Counted from the first letter of the stretch, positions 37,537 to 51,034 are shown. The stretch: DNA of 64,000 bases from Felis catus (GCF_018350175.1 NC_058368.1:135100001-135164000), one strand, 5' to 3'. The notes: generated by a model from the letters alone, not told the origin. A program made the numbers and translations.

Positions 37537-37940
37537 TTGAATTAGTCTTCTAGGGCTGACATAACAAAGTAACAGATGCTAAGTAGCTTAAACAACAGAC
37601 ATTTATTGTCTCACAGTTCCCTTTTGGCCTGCAGGCCAGAAGGCCAAAATCAAGGTATAAGAAGAGTTGGCTCCTACTGTGTGCTATGAAAGAAAGACCT
37701 GTTCCAGGCCTCCCTCCTTGACTTGTAGATACCTGGCTTCAAGTTCACATGGCATTCTCCCTGTTATGTCTGTCTCCAAATTTCCCCCTTTTTGTAAGGA
37801 CACCAGTCACTGGATTAGGGCCCTCCTTAAAGAATTCATTTTGACTTGATTACCTCTATAAAGACCATATCTCCAAATAAGGTCACATTCTGAGGTCCTG
37901 GGGAGTAGGACTTCAATATATGGATTTGGAGGGATAACAG
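37537..37940 (-). mobile_element. MaLR LTR (MLT1B/C-like)
   Basis: 'gcttaaacaacagacatttattgtctcacagttc...tctccaaataaggtcacattctgaggtcctgggg'. Confidence 0.87.
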
Positions 37941-38559
37941 GGACAGTGGAAGTCATTGCAACTATAGCTAGCTGCTTGAAAGCCTAAAATCAGAATGAAA
38001 CAAAAATACTGGATATGGTCACTTTTTATGGGGTTTGGAAAGCCAGGTTTGGTAGTATATTCTAGGGACATAATCTTCTCCAAATTCAAACATTCAAACC
38101 TTCAAGACCCTTCACTGTATCACAGAAACACCTTGATTAAGGAACACCCTGGGTCACCTGTCATAGTCAAAGAACATTACCCCTTTTCTCTCATGATTAC
38201 TCCCATGACCATGACAAGAAGCAAAGGAAAACTGATTTTTCCAAAGGAGTTACGAGGTTTCCATTCCCTGCTCTAAACTCACATGATTATTTCCAGGATA
38301 ACTGTGAAATTAGAACTTAGGCCATTATCCAGTGAGTAATCAGCTAAGGTCTCTTAGAGCTACATAGGCCTCTGCTTGCTGAATCAGCATGTCTTCTCTC
38401 GGTCCCCTTCACGACAAGGCCAGAATCCGGCAGACCTCTAAAGCAGCCTCCCTCCTGCTTCCATCTATTTCAATTTGCATTTGTAGAGTGAGTGATATTG
38501 AGTATCTTTCCATATGTTTATGAGCTACTCATATTTCCTCTTTGGTTAGTGCCCTTTAC

Positions 38560-38598
38560 ATATGAATATATAATACATATATTATACATATATATATG

Positions 38599-38630
<32 letters not shown>

Positions 38631-38648
38631 TATATATATAATTTATAT
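38560..38648. repeat. (TA)n/(CA)n compound microsatellite at an L1 tail
   Basis: Direct reading. Confidence 0.9.
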
Positions 38649-39109
38649 GTGTTGAGTATAATTGACACACAATGTTCCATCAGGTTTAGGTGTTCAACAG
38701 TGATTTGACAGCTCTGTATGTTACACTGTGCTTTCACAATGGTAGCATCTCTCACCATATAACACTATTACAATACTAATGACTATATTCCCTATGCTGT
38801 ACCTTTTATCCCCATGACTCACTCATTCCATAACTGGAAGCCTATATATCCCTCTCCCTTTTAACCCATTTTGTCCATCTCCACACCCCCTCCTCTCTGG
38901 CAACCATCAGTTTGTTCTCTGTATTTATAGTTGTGATTCTGCTTCTTGTTTATTTCTGTTATTTGTTTATTCATTTGCTTTGTGTTTTAGATTCCACATG
39001 TGAGTGAGATCATACAATATTTGTCTTTCTCTGTCTGACATGTCACTTAGCATAAAAGCCTCTCAACCCATGGCAAGATCTCATCCTTCTTCATGGCTGA
39101 AAAGTATTC

Positions 39110-39151
<42 letters not shown>

Positions 39152-39355
39152 CCCATCTTCTTTATCCACTTCTCTATTGATTTACACATGGTAAATACTG
39201 CTGCAGTAAACATAGGGATGTATATATCTTTTCAAATTACTGTTTTCATGTCCTTTGTATAAATACCCAGTAGTGGAATTACTGGATCATATGGTATTTC
39301 TAGTTTTAATGTTTTGGGGAACCTCCATACTGTTTTCCATAGTTGGCTGCATCAG
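38640..39355 (-). mobile_element. L1 3' end (L1MA9/carnivore-type), 5'-truncated, containing a (TG)n array at ~39112-39149
   Basis: 'gactatattccctatgctgtac', 'ttttagattccacatgtgagtgagatcatac', 'aaatacccagtagtggaattactggatcatatggta'. Confidence 0.92.
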
Positions 39356-39679
39356 TTAAGGTAGGACTTAATGCGGTTCTTTCTCCTTCCCCCAGGTTCC
39401 CAAGTTTCAGTTTTATTTATGATTTCTTCCCAGCCAAAAGTTTAAATACTTAGGCACTCAATAGGTATTCCTGTTTATCTTTTACTCACATGTGTTTTTC
39501 TCTTAGAAACTTCGCTGATTCCTGAGTGGCATCTTCTGTCCCCTGCCTTTTTCACCAGGAATAGTTCATGTCTGAATTCTTTAGAAGTCTTGAGGAACTG
39601 CACAGTTTCCTTAAGTGATAGGTTTTATTTTCTCAGGGTGGCTTTGCAATATCCTTCAATAGCATCAAATAGCACTTCT

Positions 39680-39840
39680 ATTCATTGTGTTTATTGTATT
39701 TTATGTAATTGTCTGTGTAGATGTCTATGTCTCTCACCAGACTACCTCCATTGAACGTAGGGACTATGTCTTGTTCAGTGTTGCAGCCTGAAGCTTAACA
39801 CGGTGGCTGGCAAACAACAGGTGCTCAATAACTATTCTCT
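39680..39840 (+). mobile_element. L2 LINE 3' end
   Basis: 'agggactatgtcttgttcagtgttgcagcctgaagcttaacacggtggctggcaaacaacaggtgctcaataa'. Confidence 0.78.
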
Positions 39841-40640
39841 TAAATGCCATCACCTAGGCCTTTCCTGTGCTTTGGGTTCCCCTTATCCTTCCAGTGTCCA
39901 TGTCTCACATACTAAGTTTGCTCAGATTATTGAGACCTCAGTATCTAATAACATTGTCAACCCACTAGTCACATGGTGTCAAGATGGATGATCAAGTGTG
40001 GTGACTCCACTCCAAAAATAGTTTTACTAGGAAAAAAGGAGCTAAGGAATGAATTCTTTGGAATCTCTCAAATTTTATCCCTAGGCCTGTTTTTTTTCTT
40101 TTATTCTTTTTGTGTGTTTTTTTTGTTGTTGTTGTTTTTTACGTATGAGGCTGAACCAGATTGAGTGACTTTGTCACCCAATACCTTGGCCACTTCTCAA
40201 ATTAATCTTTGTCATTTGTTCCTTCTTACAGTCACACAGCCAACAAATACCCTATATTTCATTTTGCTGTTACTGGTCGTAAAGGGTGGGGAGTTCAATC
40301 GCTATTGAGACATGGATGCTACAGAAAGAATTTTAGATTCCCCTTCTATGAGGCCACTGAATAGAATAATAGAATAATAGGATCTTATAACTCAGGATAC
40401 ACATAAAACAGCCACCATTGTTGCCTGCTCATTTTTCCTCCCCACAGACTGGTGCTGAGCGAAGAGAAGACACACACATGCTGAACTACTCTAAACCTAG
40501 AAATTAGATATGATGACTTTGTTTGAGAAAAAGAACCTTGCTTTGTGTTTCTCATTTCCACCTTAGCAAACTTAGACGGCTTCTCAGAAGCTGGGCAAGC
40601 ATGTGAAGGGAGGGAATGAGAAGAATGAAGGGGGATGCGT

Positions 40641-40746
40641 CTGTCAAATCCAGCACAAGTTTGCTTTTGGATTTGCTATGAAAGTGATTCATTTCATAAA
40701 CAATACAGCTGCTGTAGGAGGCAGTCCTGTCAGATTTGATGGATGG
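40641..40746. promoter_or_regulatory. Candidate PBX-HOX/MEIS enhancer
   Basis: CTGTCA (40641, 40727), TGATTCAT (40685), TGATGGATGG (40737) in repeat-free sequence. Confidence 0.45.
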
Positions 40747-41957
40747 CTGTGTATCTCTGGATCTTCTGCAGTTGTCGGGGCAGACAGGCTTTGGGGCCAA
40801 GCAACCATATCAAGTACATCTTGAGTCAATAAGAAATATGAGAAGTCTTCCTACCAGTGATAAAATATAAGAAGAAAGCAAACTTTTCTGAATAGTAGAA
40901 CTTTGGACCCACTCTACATGCTGGCCCCACCTTGCCTTTTGACCACAGTTTCACATTTGACCTATCTGAGTTCTCCTGCTTTGCAAGGAAGAGTTCTGGG
41001 TAGTCTTTCTCCCTTTTATAGGGCAAGTCAAATCTCAGTTGGTCCCCAAATAGGAAAGCCTGAATAGGGAGATGGGTAAGGGATAAGGTATTAAGAGGAA
41101 AGACTGGATTTCTGGGACCTGTGAGCTTCAAAGGACAAATCCATGAATTAGATAATGGCCCTTCTCTTTTTTTGGCCCTCCTTCCTCATTATTAGCAGAA
41201 ACACCACCAACAGAACAGCTCCTGGGGGTCACAAGCAGTGAGAACCAAGAATAATCACCCATGAGCTGTTTGCAGATAAAAGAATATAGCCAACGGTAGA
41301 GCTTTCTGCCATCTGTCTCCTCCACTCAGGCTTAAGGGACAGTGGATTTTGCTCTAACCTGACCTTTCATCTCCTAGAAAGCTTGAGTCCTTGCCAAGAA
41401 AAGCACTAATTTTGACAGAGGGAATGTGATTAGAAGAACTCTGGAAAAGTCCTCTCAGTCAAATATATCTACACACCCACTCACTTCTCCTGGTCTCTGA
41501 AAGCCCTACCACAATACCTTTCGTTAAGACATTGAAAGAATCTGTGAAATTCAATCATGAAAGGGTGGAACATGAAGCCATTTCTCACAAGACATACCTA
41601 AAGGAAGCCGATTCTGGTGCCCACCAGCAATGTATGAGTGACTTTGCTCTACATTTTAAATGTTTTTATTTGACTAATGTCAAAATCAAAGTCCTTTCAA
41701 CAGTTTCCTTGAAGCACCCAAAAAAGCAAAACCAGAAAGGGAAGCCCTTGTCGTGTTTGAGTTGGATGGTTTATGCCCCTGCCTGCTATTGAGCTCTCTC
41801 TGCCCACGCTCACTTTGATTCTCCAGACTGCCTTCATGTTTTTCCTTCCTCTGAGAATCTTCCAAATCGCTTATCAACATCAGCTGCAATTCCTTTGTGT
41901 CTTGTTCTGATCATAATCTCCTAATCCTCCCCAGATGCCACGCCAAGTGCAGTGGTG

Positions 41958-41992
41958 CAGCTGGGACTGTAACCACAGCTCATGACTCAGCA
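41958..41992 (+). promoter_or_regulatory. Candidate ARE/MARE (AP-1-embedded) plus RUNX site and E-box
   Basis: CAGCTG 41958-41963, AACCACA 41971-41977, ATGACTCAGCA 41982-41992. Confidence 0.4.
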
Positions 41993-44669
41993 CCTCGGAC
42001 AGAAGAGCTGGGCCTCTGGCCCCAGGGACCTATGCCAGCACTAGCCATTCACTCTTTTCCAGGCCCAAGGGACAACTGTCTCCATTCCTATTTTGCTAGG
42101 AGTAACACAGAACTGTGGGATGGTCAGAGAGGCCAGGCCTGAAGTGAACAAGGCTGGAACAGGCGCCTGCTGACAGGGGAGCCCACACAGGGCTGGATGC
42201 AGCCTTAGCACTAAGAGCTTTATTATTTGGGCTAGGCTTTTCCTCAGCGTGAGCATTGTGATCATAAGTATAGCAATGCTAGTTATCATTTATGGGTTAT
42301 TTGATGTGGGCTAGGGAGTTTCCAAACACATCTTCCATCTATTAGCTCCTGAAATACCATAGCCACTCTACAAAGGCAGTTCTATTCTTCTCTCCATTCT
42401 TCAAGCGAAGGATCGGATCTGGAGCCTGAAATTGCAAAGGGATTTAAACCCAAGCAACCAACTTCAGAGTCCACACATTTAGCCACATTAGTCCTTTTCA
42501 AATGAGTAGACTTCTGTAGCTCCAGGTTCTACAAACCTTAAGAGAGAGCTCTGTATTCCCTTCCTACTAAGTCAGACCCAAATCATTTGCATGCCGAGAA
42601 GGAGAGCCCATACGGGGTGGGAAGCATGTCACAGGCAACAGCTGTGCTGCCTATTAATCAACCTTTGGTTCTTGTCTTAAGAGTCAAGTGACAGTGTCTC
42701 ATCCACATAAACCAACATCTTCTGTCAATTTACAGTTTCCGTGATGAAAGAGGACAACCAAAAAGTTGCTTCCCATCCAAAAATGATTGAGGGCATTTGG
42801 TATGCAGCAAGCTTCAGACAAGGGACACAGGCAAGTATGGCTCTCATCCACCTGCTCGTGGCCCTGTGGCATACCACAAACTAGCAAGGATGCAGTGCCC
42901 TTCATGGTATGCCACAGCCCCAAACGCATATTTGTCACATACCATTCACTCTGGCAACATGCATTCCACATACCCCAGAATTCTGTAACTCATGCTATTT
43001 TGTCTTCTGATGCAACAGCTTACTGACAGTAAAGACTTCTTGATAGAAGACCTCTGCTCCAAAGCTGAATGTTATTTGACTAATGTGTTAGATTCTTCCC
43101 CCCGCCCCCACTTTAAGCCACACCTCCTTAATCTTCACACACCCCAGCCTGCATAGCCTGCTAAAAATTCCATTCTGTCCCAAAGAGGGCTGCATTCTAG
43201 ATGATCCCTCGTGTCTTTAACCCAGGCTTGTCATGGGACTTCTTGACACTTATGGCTGCCAAGAACAACTTGGAATTCTTGCAGTCAACATACTCCATGC
43301 TCCTCCTGGCTTTCCTTGACACTAGAGAGCTCCAGCTTTCCTGGGCACATTCCATCCCGACTCATCCCACCCACCCTGGTCCCCTTTATTTGCTCATTGG
43401 GTGGTGTCACTCAAGCTTGTGAGCTTTTCTTTTCCCTTAGGCGGGGATTTAGATTTGATGGTTTTGTCAGCTCTGTGTGGTCCAGGGCAGGATGTAGTAT
43501 TTAACTACCAGGAGATTGTGGCTTCCTGTCCTGATTCTTGTGCTAAGAACATACCCAGGTGCCAGTTGTGTTCGCAATTACTAGGTTATCAAAAATCCAT
43601 GTGGACAAAAAATTCTGCCCCTATCTTGATTACTAGGAACAACTTCAATGTCAACTTTACCTCCCCCCAGTTCCTTATATCCGCTGCTCCAAAACAACAC
43701 GTCTTCTTTCTATTTAATGACCCCTCCCTTGTTTAATTTTCCTCTTTCATCTCTGCTTTTTATATATGCTGTTTTAGACGTTTCATAAACTGGTTTCAAT
43801 GCTTTCTTACTGTAAATAGTAGGAAGAGTAAAGGAAGAAGTTAAAGAATAAAGTAAAAAAAGAACCAAGGAGGGGGAAAAGGAAGGAAGAGGTAAACAAA
43901 ATTAAGAAATTCCATACAGAACTCTGTCCATATTATATAAGATCAGAATGCCTTAGCAAATTTAGCTTTTTCATCTAAGCAAAACAAGGGGAAACCAAGG
44001 GGAGGGAGCATCTGAAATCTCATAGGTAAGAAATGAGTACCTTCAATTTCTTATATTATATGCACATCTTCACAGGTGAGGCGATTCTCTTTCTGATTCT
44101 CTTTCTCCATCTGTAAAATGAGGTGGGAATTATGGAACTGAGCCACAATAACTAAGGTAAGACAATCTCTTATAAAATATTACCATTAAAAATACAAAGT
44201 AGCATTATTAAGGTCAACTAAAAACTCTGTTCCAAGCAGTATACTAATTGTTAGAAGAAAACAATCATTTGTCTGTATTATCTAGGCAGAACCACAAATG
44301 CTAATTCCACCTTGTAAAGTGTTCCCTGTGTTTCTGATAAAAAATACATGATAATTATTGGAAATGAGTATAAATAGCTTGAAGCACCCCAATAACTTTT
44401 TCACCTTTGCCCTCCTCAGTTCTCCTTGGGAAGAACTTATCCTGGGACAATCAGTTTTACATTTCTGGGATTGCTATGCTTGGACTCTTAACCTCTCATT
44501 TGTCTTTGACTCTGTTTAATCTTCTTGAAACTCTCTCCTTCCATTGGCTTCCACCACTCTTTGTCAATTCTCCCCCAATCTTCTTGCTTTCTGTTGCTGG
44601 CTCCTCCTTCTCTGTCTTAACTATAGCCTCTTCTCTGCTCATTTTATACCTTCTCCCTTCCAGTGTATC

Positions 44670-44880
44670 AGTATTTTCCAATGTGGATATTACTGGAATT
44701 TTGGCTGGGGCAATTCATTGTGTGCAACTTTCCTTTTTACCACAGGACACTTAGCATCCTTGGTCCCCACTAAGTCATGCCAGCAGTACCGCCTACAGTC
44801 ATTGTGTAAGCCAAAAACATCCTTAGACATTTCAGAATGCTGCCCAGAGAGGCTGCATCACTCACGTAGTATGAGAATTT
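44670..44880 (-). mobile_element. MER20-like hAT DNA transposon fossil within L2-like sequence
   Basis: 'ttttggctggggcaattc...tagcatccttggtcc...atgccagcagtacc...gccaaaaacatccttagacatt'. Confidence 0.72.
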
Positions 44881-47394
44881 GTGTCATTTTACCATACCCA
44901 GCCCAAATATCCCCCCTATGCCTTAGTCCTTTATTGACTACCTATTTTCACTTGAATAATGCAGAATAATTTCAAACTTATGTATGAAGCAGAATCCATA
45001 AGCTCTCATTTCCTTCAGTCTGATTTTCCTCCTGAATTCCTGTCCCTGTGCTCACTTCAGCAGCACATATACTGAATTCCTATCTCTGTTGGCCACACAT
45101 AATTATCAAAGGCAGAAACCTAGGTATCAACTTTTACTCCTCCTTCTTCAAATCCCAATCAACTAATCACCATGTCTTTTCAATTCTACTTCTTCAAGAC
45201 TTTTGTCTAAATCTTTCCCCCTCTATCTCCACATAATAACCATTTCTTTGTAACCCGGTGATTTTAAGCATAGATCTTCAGCCTGGTGGCTGGCCATAAA
45301 AGATCTCCCAATAAGCTACATAATGATCAAATAAGTTTAGAGGGAATTGTTGAATAGTAAACATCATATCTAAACTCATATATATCTAAACATATTCTTA
45401 TTAAGAAAAATATGGTTCTATTCAGAATCTGTGTTTCTCTGAGTTCTATAATCACCACAGAGTAAAACTGTTAGAGTAGGTGTGCTGAGGCATTTTTTTA
45501 ATCCTGTCTGAGTGAGCTAGGTCAAAAATCTTATGCACCACTATCATATTGCACCACGATGAGTTCTTAAATGTATTAAATCTCATCCTTTTCCCCTCTC
45601 TCTTCTTCCTCTGAAGTTTGTTCTTTTATGAAGTCTCAGAATTATCTTCCTAAAATGTTTAACTGGTGCTATCATGCTTCTGTTGAAATTTGCTCAATTG
45701 ATTTTTATCACCTAAAACATACATTTTGCTCAATCACATGTGAAATTTCAGGATATGATACCTCCTGACCTCTTCATCTTCTTCCTCTTCCTTGGTCCCT
45801 GAATTTTACATGAAGCTCTAGCATGCCAAACTTAGAGCTTCCTAGCTATATTTACAGTTTTGTATCTCCTTGCTTTTGTACATGTGGCTCTCTTGGCCTG
45901 GAATTGCCTCCTACTGATTTGAATTCACTTAGGTTTTAAAAGTACCAGCTCTGGCACTGTATACAGAATAGGTTTCAGTGGGGCAAAGGCAGAAGCAGAG
46001 AGACCAGAACTGATGGTGGCTTGGCCTATGGTGATGGCAGTGAAGGTGAAGTGTGTTCAGATCTTCACATGTTTTTAATGTATCCATTTTGTATATTTCT
46101 TTTTTTAATTTTATATATTTTATTTAAAAGCCTACGAAAAATGTTAAACTTTTTGATAGGTGGAAAAATTGAGCCATGAGGTATTCAAATATCTTGTCAG
46201 CATTATACCTGAAAGAAAGTCCTATAATAGATTTTCTTACATGAAGTGTTATTCTCTGTCAAAAGCAAATAACAACAACAAAAACAAACAAACAAACAAA
46301 AAACCCTGATACTCCTTGTAAACGAAGCAGCGTGTAATTTCTATCCATCTTAAGGATCTTAAGATCTTGGATCCTAAGGATCTTTGGATCTTAAGGTTCA
46401 AAGATAAGTGTCATAATTATCTTGAAAATAATGCCCCAACTGAGGTGTTTTGTTTTTGTTTTTTGTTTTTTTTAACAGGGCTGGTAATAAGAAAAACCAT
46501 AAAACAAGAAAAACCAGAGAGAAATTCATAAAGTTTCTTTCTGGCTCTTGTCCTTTCTCCTTTTTCAGCATTCTTCTCTTAATTGTACAATAGACCCATA
46601 ACATCATAAGGTCCTTTATCTTAATAATTGTATTGGTAATAGTAGTAGTACTAGTAAGTAGTGTAGTTGTACTAGAAATAATAGTAACAATACATTACAT
46701 TAACTGCCATCCATAGAATCTTGCCAGCCTGAAGGTTTATGCAAATTATATCATTTAATACTTATAGGAACCCTAAGGAGCAGTTGGTATCTATGTATCT
46801 GTTTTGCAGGAAAGGCAATAGAGGTTCCAAAAAGTTATAAAACTTGTTTAAGAGGATTCACTTAAATTGTGGAATGGAATTCAAATCCAGATTTCATGGC
46901 TTGCCCCCTCATACACTACACCATATTGGCTCCTTTAGAGCCATTTTTACCCAGATTCCAATGATCATATGACAGTGGATCAACCTAACGAGGCATTTTA
47001 AAATAATGTTTTAACAAATTTGTTAAATAAGTTTGTGTTTTTTGTAGAATATCTGGTAAACCCAGATAAAACACAAAGCAGAAAATATTTCTATAATATC
47101 ACCAGGGATAACTATTGATAATATTTTTATATTCTCTATATCATACTTATTATATATTAATATCATTGTGATTAAAAAGAGCAAGTAATTTTAAAACATG
47201 ATTTTTTAAACTTAATGAAGTTGTTAAAACATTCTCCCATATCATTAAGTTATCTTCACACATTTTACTTTTTTTTTTTGTAGTTAAATAGCAATTTATT
47301 ATGTGGATGCACCAACAAATTTATTTCACCAATTCTATACTGTTGGACATTTAGGTTAATTTTTTTTTCCTTATCATAGGTGAAAACATGTATT

Positions 47395-47610
47395 TGTTTG
47401 TTTGTTTGAAGTTTATTTATTTACTTTGAGAGACAGAGAGAGCACAAGCAGGGGAGAGACAGAGAGAGAAGGAGAGAGAGAATCCCAAGCAGGTTCCACA
47501 CTGTCAGTGTGCATCCCGATGTAAAAGCTCCATCCCACGAACCATGAGATCACAACCTGAGCCAAAATCAAGAGTCGGATACTTGACTGACTGAGCCACC
47601 TAGGCACCCC
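47395..47610 (-). mobile_element. Older Can-SINE inserted in a decayed minus-strand L1 3' region (~47000-47850)
   Basis: Ends 'gagccaaaatcaagagtcggatacttgactgactgagccacctaggcacccc'; no clean TSD. Confidence 0.93.
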
Positions 47611-47939
47611 TAAAATTTTTATGTATTATAATTAATTCTGTAAAGAATACTTTTATATATGTCTGATTATTCCTCTGGATAAATGCCTAAACGAAGAATT
47701 GCCAGATCAAAAATAAAATGTTTAAATTCTTTTTCATTTTTCCAAAATGCCTTTCTGAAAAATTGTTCAGATTTAAATACTAACCAATAGTTTTTTAATG
47801 CAGGCTGCTTCCATACACGCTAATGCTCAGTATTAACTATCTGAAGTTTTACTATCTTTATGATTTTACATCTGGAGTTTTCTTTTCCTTTTAATAATTC
47901 TTCCCATTCACTTTACTCTTAAAATCAAAAGGGGAAGGA

Positions 47940-50900
47940 TTTTGCTTCCATCCATGAAGGAATAGTAACTATATGGTGTTTGTACCCCACCCCTCATAAC
48001 CAACAAGTTACAGAATTAGACAAAATGCTTTTTTTCATACATAAGATACCAGGCACTACTGATCTATGATTCATGAGAGCATGACTTAGAGCCTAGAGCC
48101 AATTTCCTAACCTTAGGGCAGGGAGGAGGAACCAATCTCTGAGTTAAGGAGGAAAAAACTGGAACACGAAAAGGCTGAAGCATCTAAAAATTGCAGGAAG
48201 CATTCCAGAGTAGGAGGAGTTACACAAAGCAAGTTCTCCAGAAATATGCATAGTACTGTCATTGAGTCTCATGCCAAATCCAAGACTGCACATGTGTAAA
48301 CTAATGCCACAAAACCAGGCAAAAAACAATAACAAAGACTATCTCTAAGAACAACCAAGCCTTAGTAGTAGGGGATAAACTAGCCCTATAATAAGGCTAC
48401 TCTAGACCTGCCGTAAGAAAGCTTAACAATCCTCAAAAGGATCAAACAGAAGACAAACAATACAACTGCCTGACAAAATAAATGTCAATACTCTTTAAAG
48501 AAGACAACAAAATACACTCAATAGTGTAATATTCCTAATATCCAACGTCCCCCCTCAAAATTACTAGATATGTTAAGAAGTAGCAAAATGTGATACCTAA
48601 TGAAAAGAAATCAGTCAATAAAAACAGATGTAGAAATGGCAGAGATGTGAAATTATTAAACAAGGACTTTAAAAGAGCTATTATAAAAGCTCAACAATTT
48701 AAGAGAAAATAAGGATATGAAGAAGAAAGCAGTTGAAAATATAAAAAGAAGCCACATAAATACTCCAGAGGCCCAAGACATGACATCTGAAATGAAAAAA
48801 TTCACTTAATGGACTTAAGAGATGATCAGGTATTGCAGAAGAAAGGATCGGCGAATTTGAAGACACAGTGACAGAAACTACCCCAAATCAAGCTGAGAAA
48901 ACAGAGAGGCTGGGGAAAAAATGAATAGGACTTCATTAATATGTGGGACAATATCAAGCAGTGTAACATGTGTGTAACTGGAGTCTCAGATCAAGAAATG
49001 AGAAAGGGGCTGAAAAAAATAAATAGTGGCTGAACATATCCCAAATTAATTTTAAAAATTCTTTACCTATACATTCAAAAAGCATACAAAATCTCAATCA
49101 AGATAAATACAAAAAATACCACATCCATGAAGATAGACCACATTCTGGGCCATAAAACACAACTTAACAAGTGTTAAAGAATAGAAATCATACGATGTTT
49201 GTCCTCAGACCACAGTGAATTAAACTAAAAATTAATAACAGAAAGATAACTAGAAAAATCCCACAATAAGTGGAGATTAAATAATACACAGGTCAAAGAA
49301 GAAATTTCAAAAGAAAAATTTTAAATATCTTGAACTAAATAAAAATGAAAACACAACTTATCAATATTTGTGGGATGCATCAATAACAGTGCTTAGAGGG
49401 AAACTTGTAGCATTTAATTACATACATTAGAAAAGAAGAAAGATCTAAAATCAATAAACTAAGTTTCCATCTGAGGAAACTAGAAAAAGAAAAGCAAATT
49501 AAATCCAAAGTAAGTAGGAGGAAAGAAATAATAATTAGAGCAGAAATCCATCAAATTGAAAACAGGAAATTAGTAGAAAATATCAACAAAACCAAAGCTT
49601 GTTCTTTTGAAGGGTCAATAAAATTAATAGTCCTCTATTTAGACTAAAAAAAAAAAAAAAACCATGAGAGAAGACATGAGTTACTAATATCAAAAATGAA
49701 AGAAGGGACATCACTACAGATCCATGGAAATTAACATGATAATAAAGGAATACCACAGACAACTCTATGACCACAAATCTGATAATTTAGATGAAATGCA
49801 CCTATTCCTTGAAAGATACCATCTGCCAAAACTCATATAAGAAAAAATAAATAATATAAATATACCCATATCTAGTAAATAAATTGAGTTAATAATTAAT
49901 AACCTTCTAAAAGAGAAAGCACCAGGTCCAGATGGGTTTACTGGTAAATTCCACCAAACATTTGAAGAAGATATTACACCAATTATTTGCAATCTCTTTC
50001 AAATGAAATAAATAGAAGGAATATTTCTTAACTCATTCTGTGAGGTCAGAATTTCCTTAATACCAAAACCAAAAAAAAAAAAAAAAAAAAAAGACATTAC
50101 AAGAAAACTACAGACCAATATCTCTCATGAACACAAATGCAAAAATCCTCAACAAATTATCAGCAAATCAAACCCAATAATGTTAAATGCCATGACCAGG
50201 TGGGATTTATTTCAGATATGAAAGCTTATTCAACATTCAACATTCAAAAATCAATTAATGTAATCCATCACATCAATGGGATAAAAAAAGAATAATCATA
50301 TGATCGTATCAATAGATGAAGAAAAAGCATTTGACAGAATCCAACACCCACTCATGATATAACAGAACTCTCAGTAAACTAGCATTAGAGAAACTTCCTC
50401 AACTTGATAAAAAGTATCTCCAAAAAACCTACAGCTAAAACTATACTTAATGGTGAGAAACTTGATGTTTTCTCACCAAGATTAGGACCAAGGCAAAAAT
50501 TTTTCCTCTCACCACTCCCTTTCAATATCATACTGGAATTCCTAGCTAATGCAATAAGGCAAGAAAAGGAAAGAAAAAATATATATACAGATTGGGAAGG
50601 AATTAATAGAACTATCTTTGTTCACAGATGATATGGCCATTTATTTAGAACTAAAAAAATCAACACAAAGTTTCTAAAACTAATAAACAATTATAGAAAG
50701 ATTGCAAAATACAAAACTAATCTACAGAAGTCAGTCACTTTCCTATATACCAGCAAAGAACAAGTGGATTGACATTAAAAACACAATACATTTAAATTAG
50801 TATCCCCCAAAAGGAAATAGATGGGTACAAATTTTAAAAGTCTGTACAAGATTTATTTGAGGAAAACTACAAAATTCTGATGAGATAAATAAAAGGAGAG

Positions 50901-51030
50901 ATATTACATGTTTATATATAGGAACACTAATATGGTCAAGATGTCACTTCTTCCCAACGTGATATATAGATTCAGTGCAAACTAAATAAAATAAACTCAA
51001 TAAAAATCCCACTCTGTTATGTTTTGGAAA
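47940..51030 (+). mobile_element. Ancient L1: 5' UTR and ORF1 remnant joined to ORF2 (EN end, Z domain, RT), frameshifted
   Basis: KIDHILGHK (~49130), PGPDGFTGKFHQTF (~49922), 'KPTAKTILNGEKL...LSPLPFNIILEFLANAIRQEKE' (ORF 50404-50631), RT motif LFTDDM (50618-50635). Confidence 0.95.
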
Positions 51031-51034
51031 TTGA

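Noticed and set aside
50404..50631. ORF with reverse-transcriptase similarity (possible novel RT system)
   Set aside because: It is an ordinary decayed LINE-1 ORF2 fragment with frameshifts and stops on both sides.
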